From Octopus bimaculoides (taxonomy: Eukaryota), in the NCBI RefSeq assembly GCF_001194135.2, contig NC_068981.1:138880920-138918111 (forward strand): a DNA stretch of 37,192 nt. Direction: 5' to 3'. Below are positions 34,557 to 37,192 of the stretch, in pieces; the first letter of the stretch is position 1; each line of letters opens with the position of its first letter. The position numbers and the translations under genes are program-made. A model generated the notes under the pieces. That model made no database searches. It saw only the letters and a program-made list of their open reading frames with translations, and was not told the origin of the DNA.

Positions 34557-34708
34557 GACAGATTTCTTTCAGCTTCTGTCTACTAAATCCACTCACAATG
34601 CTTGTCGGTCAGTGGTTATAGTAGAAGACACCTGCCCAAGGTGTCAGGCAGTGGGACTGAACCCGAAACCATGTAGTCGTGAAGCAAACTTCTTACCATA
34701 CAGCCACT
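34266..34708 (-). mobile_element. tRNA-derived SINE family A, full length
   Basis: Head, central microsatellite and 3' end as in the other copies. Confidence 0.88.
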
Positions 34709-34944
34709 TTTTCTCCTTTTCTTTTTTCGTGCAATGTCATTTTTCGAAATTACCAAGTGATAAAACTCTGACCTTGAGACGCTTGAGACTTCTTCCGATT
34801 AAAATAAATATTTGCCTCTATGTGTGTGCGTGCGTGTGTGTGTGTGTGTGTGTGGGTGTGTGTAGGTGGATGTTTGTATATGAGTATGTGCAGGTTACGG
34901 TCAACATTTTCGAGCGTAAGTATTTCTTCAGTTGTCCGATCTAG

Positions 34945-35250
34945 TACTGGTTTCAAATTCTGGCACAATGCCAGCAACTTTGGGATAGGTGATAAGTTGA
35001 TTACATCGACCCCAGTGCTCAACAGGTATATTTATTTTACCGACTCCGAAAGGATGATTTGGCAAAGTCGGCCACAGCGGAATTTGAACCCAGAACGTAA
35101 AGATGAACGAAATGCCACTAACCATTTTTCCTGGCGTGCTAACGATTCTGCTCAGCTCGCTGCCTATTTTAAATTTGCCACATGGGAGGGCGATGTCGAT
35201 TACATCGACCCCAGTTTTCAACTGGTGCTTATTTTACCGACCCCGAAGGA
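34945..35250 (-). mobile_element. Two tandem SINE family B copies (34945-35164 near full; 35165-35250 partial)
   Basis: Repeated GATTACATCGACCCCAGT...ATTTTACCGAC(T/C)CCGAA core; head GGCAGCGAGCTGAGCAGAATCGTTAGCACGCC. Confidence 0.82.
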
Positions 35251-36475
35251 CTGTTCGATCAAATAATGAATGAAGCTCATTGAATTAGCATGTATGTTGT
35301 TAAGTATTCCACATACACGTGTACCTTTAATGTACATCTCTGGCGAAATCAGTAAACTCTGTCCGTCGATCTTCTACACAGTTTTTAACTACCTAATTTC
35401 ACTCACAATGTATGGCCGAACCGAGCCTAAAGAAAATTACACAGATCTATAGGACATGCGGTGGAATCGAATTCTAGACTTCGTGATTCCCAAGCGAACT
35501 TGTTTTCCATTCGACGATGTTGTACCGTAAAAAATTTACGTATACAGTAAATGAAAATACATGAACAAAAGTCGGCTGCTCAATACGATTGCAGAATCAA
35601 TTACATAGCGTGTCCCCAAAATATATATACACACATTGATTGATTACGATGTTAGTGTTTATTAAAATATATATTGTCTTCAAAATTTAAGAGAATCTAC
35701 AGAGTTTAATTTAGTATGGACATACCATGAAGGAAGTGATATGAGTTACGGTAGCTTCGTGGAGTGTAGCTCGTAAGATATCGTATGATATTTGAGTGAC
35801 TAATTACGTTAATTTTTAACCCCATCATGAAGCTATTGAATAATACCAATATATAGTGTTTGTACTGATGTGTATGTATATATNNNNNNNNNNNNNNNNN
35901 NNNNNNNNNNNNNNNNNNNNNNNNNNNNNNNNNNNNNNNNNNNNNNNNNNNNNNNNNNNNNNNNNNNNNNNNNNNNNNNNNNNNNNNNNNNNNNNNNNNN
36001 NNNNNNNNNNNNNNNNNNNNNNNNNNNNNNNNNNNNNNNNNNNNNNNNNNNNNNNNNNNNNNNNNNNNNNNNNNNNNNNNNNNNNNNNNNNNNNNNNNNN
36101 NNNNNNNNNNNNNNNNNNNNNNNNNNNNNNNNNNNNNNNNNNNNNNNNNNNNNNNNNNNNNNNNNNNNNNNNNNNNNNNNNNNNNNNNNNNNNNNNNNNN
36201 NNNNNNNNNNNNNNNNNNNNNNNNNNNNNNNNNNNNNNNNNNNNNNNNNNNNNNNNNNNNNNNNNNNNNNNNNNNNNNNNNNNNNNNNNNNNNNNNNNNN
36301 NNNNNNNNNNNNNNNNNNNNNNNNNNNNNNNNNNNNNNNNNNNNNNNNNNNNNNNCATAAGAGGTATCCATCACTGTATTTATGTGAATAATATATAGTC
36401 TATTGACTAATTTTTCTACGCGCTAGGCCACTGGTAGTAAAAATTTCTAAAATTTTTCCTACCCTGATTTTATTA

Positions 36476-36510
<35 letters not shown>

Positions 36511-36519
36511 CGAATCAAC

Positions 36520-36802
36520 CCCTAGTAAATTTTGATACGGCTATTTTTTCACAACAGAACATGTGCAACCTGTAGAAAGGTGTGCCATTCAGTTGGAGGA
36601 TTAAAAAGACATGTCAAAAGACTTCATATTGTGGCACCTTTTCCTTCTACCAGCCAACACAACTGTGCATTATGCAATAAAATGTGCAAATCCTTGGCGG
36701 GGCTCAAGAGTCATACAAGGGCGTCACATTGCATCATCAATGACTCGTTTCAATTATTGATTCTAGCAATGGCTTTGCTCGTACACGAGAAAGCAACCAG
36801 CA
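36520..36802 (+). mobile_element. Probable 5'-truncated RTE-like LINE 3' end encoding two C2H2 zinc fingers, with an (ATGT)n tail
   Basis: CATCRKVCHSVGGLKRHVKRLH and CALCNKMCKSLAGLKSHTRASH; no TGEKP linker; terminus ACGAGAAAGCAACCAGC followed by (ATGT)n. Confidence 0.6.
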
Positions 36803-36886
36803 TGTATGTATGTATGTATGTATGTATGTATGTATGTATGTATGTATGCATGTGTATGTATGAATGTGTGTATGTATGTATGTATA

Positions 36887-37096
36887 CTGAGTCCACCAAA
36901 AAAATCTATACACACTTCAGGGAAGAAAAAAAATCTGTATAAATATTTAACTTGTATAAGTATCTCTATAAATATAGATATTTCTTTCGATGTTTTATCA
37001 AATTGCGATAATTGAATAAATTCAATAACACAGAATTTAAATATTTATACAGATTTTTTCTTTCCTCAAATGTGTAGACAATTTTGGCGGACTCTG
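36887..37096. mobile_element. Tc1/mariner-type MITE, about 60-bp TIRs
   Basis: C(T/A)GAGTCC(A/G)CCAAAA...AAATCTGTATAAATATTT arms, TA on both sides. Confidence 0.82.
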
Positions 37097-37192
37097 TATA
37101 TATATATATATATATAGATAGATAGATATGTGTGTGTGTTTATATATACATATATGTATGTATGCATGTATGTATGTATGTATGTATGTATG

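Noticed and set aside
2007-36398. Long ORFs containing X runs or YI/CV/HT/MYVC repeats
   Set aside because: Artefacts of N-gaps and microsatellites

Overview
AT-rich, repeat-dominated animal genomic DNA from a short-read draft assembly: 14 N-gaps totalling about 6.3 kb, nearly all flanked by microsatellites. The SINE types and microsatellite density suggest a coleoid cephalopod, probably Octopus (recalled from repeat motifs, no database search run). No confident host protein-coding gene; most ORF-track entries are microsatellite or N-run artefacts. The window is a mosaic of tRNA-derived SINEs (three families), two DD34D mariners (one full length with both TIRs), deleted Tc1/mariner-type elements and MITEs, CR1/L2-like, RTE-like and R4/Dong-like LINE fragments, and several decayed Penelope-like elements (PLEs). 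The highlights are: (1) three minimal type I hammerhead ribozyme motifs (12005, 12575, 17778), two with an unusual CCGAUGA core and one just downstream of a PLE GIY-YIG remnant and a 50-bp perfect hairpin; (2) a probable Merlin-type MITE family carrying telomere-like repeats; (3) a PLE ORF split into two convergent halves; (4) a near-identical inverted pair of R4/Dong elements in (TAA)n arrays; (5) one unexplained candidate coding exon at 18741-19031.
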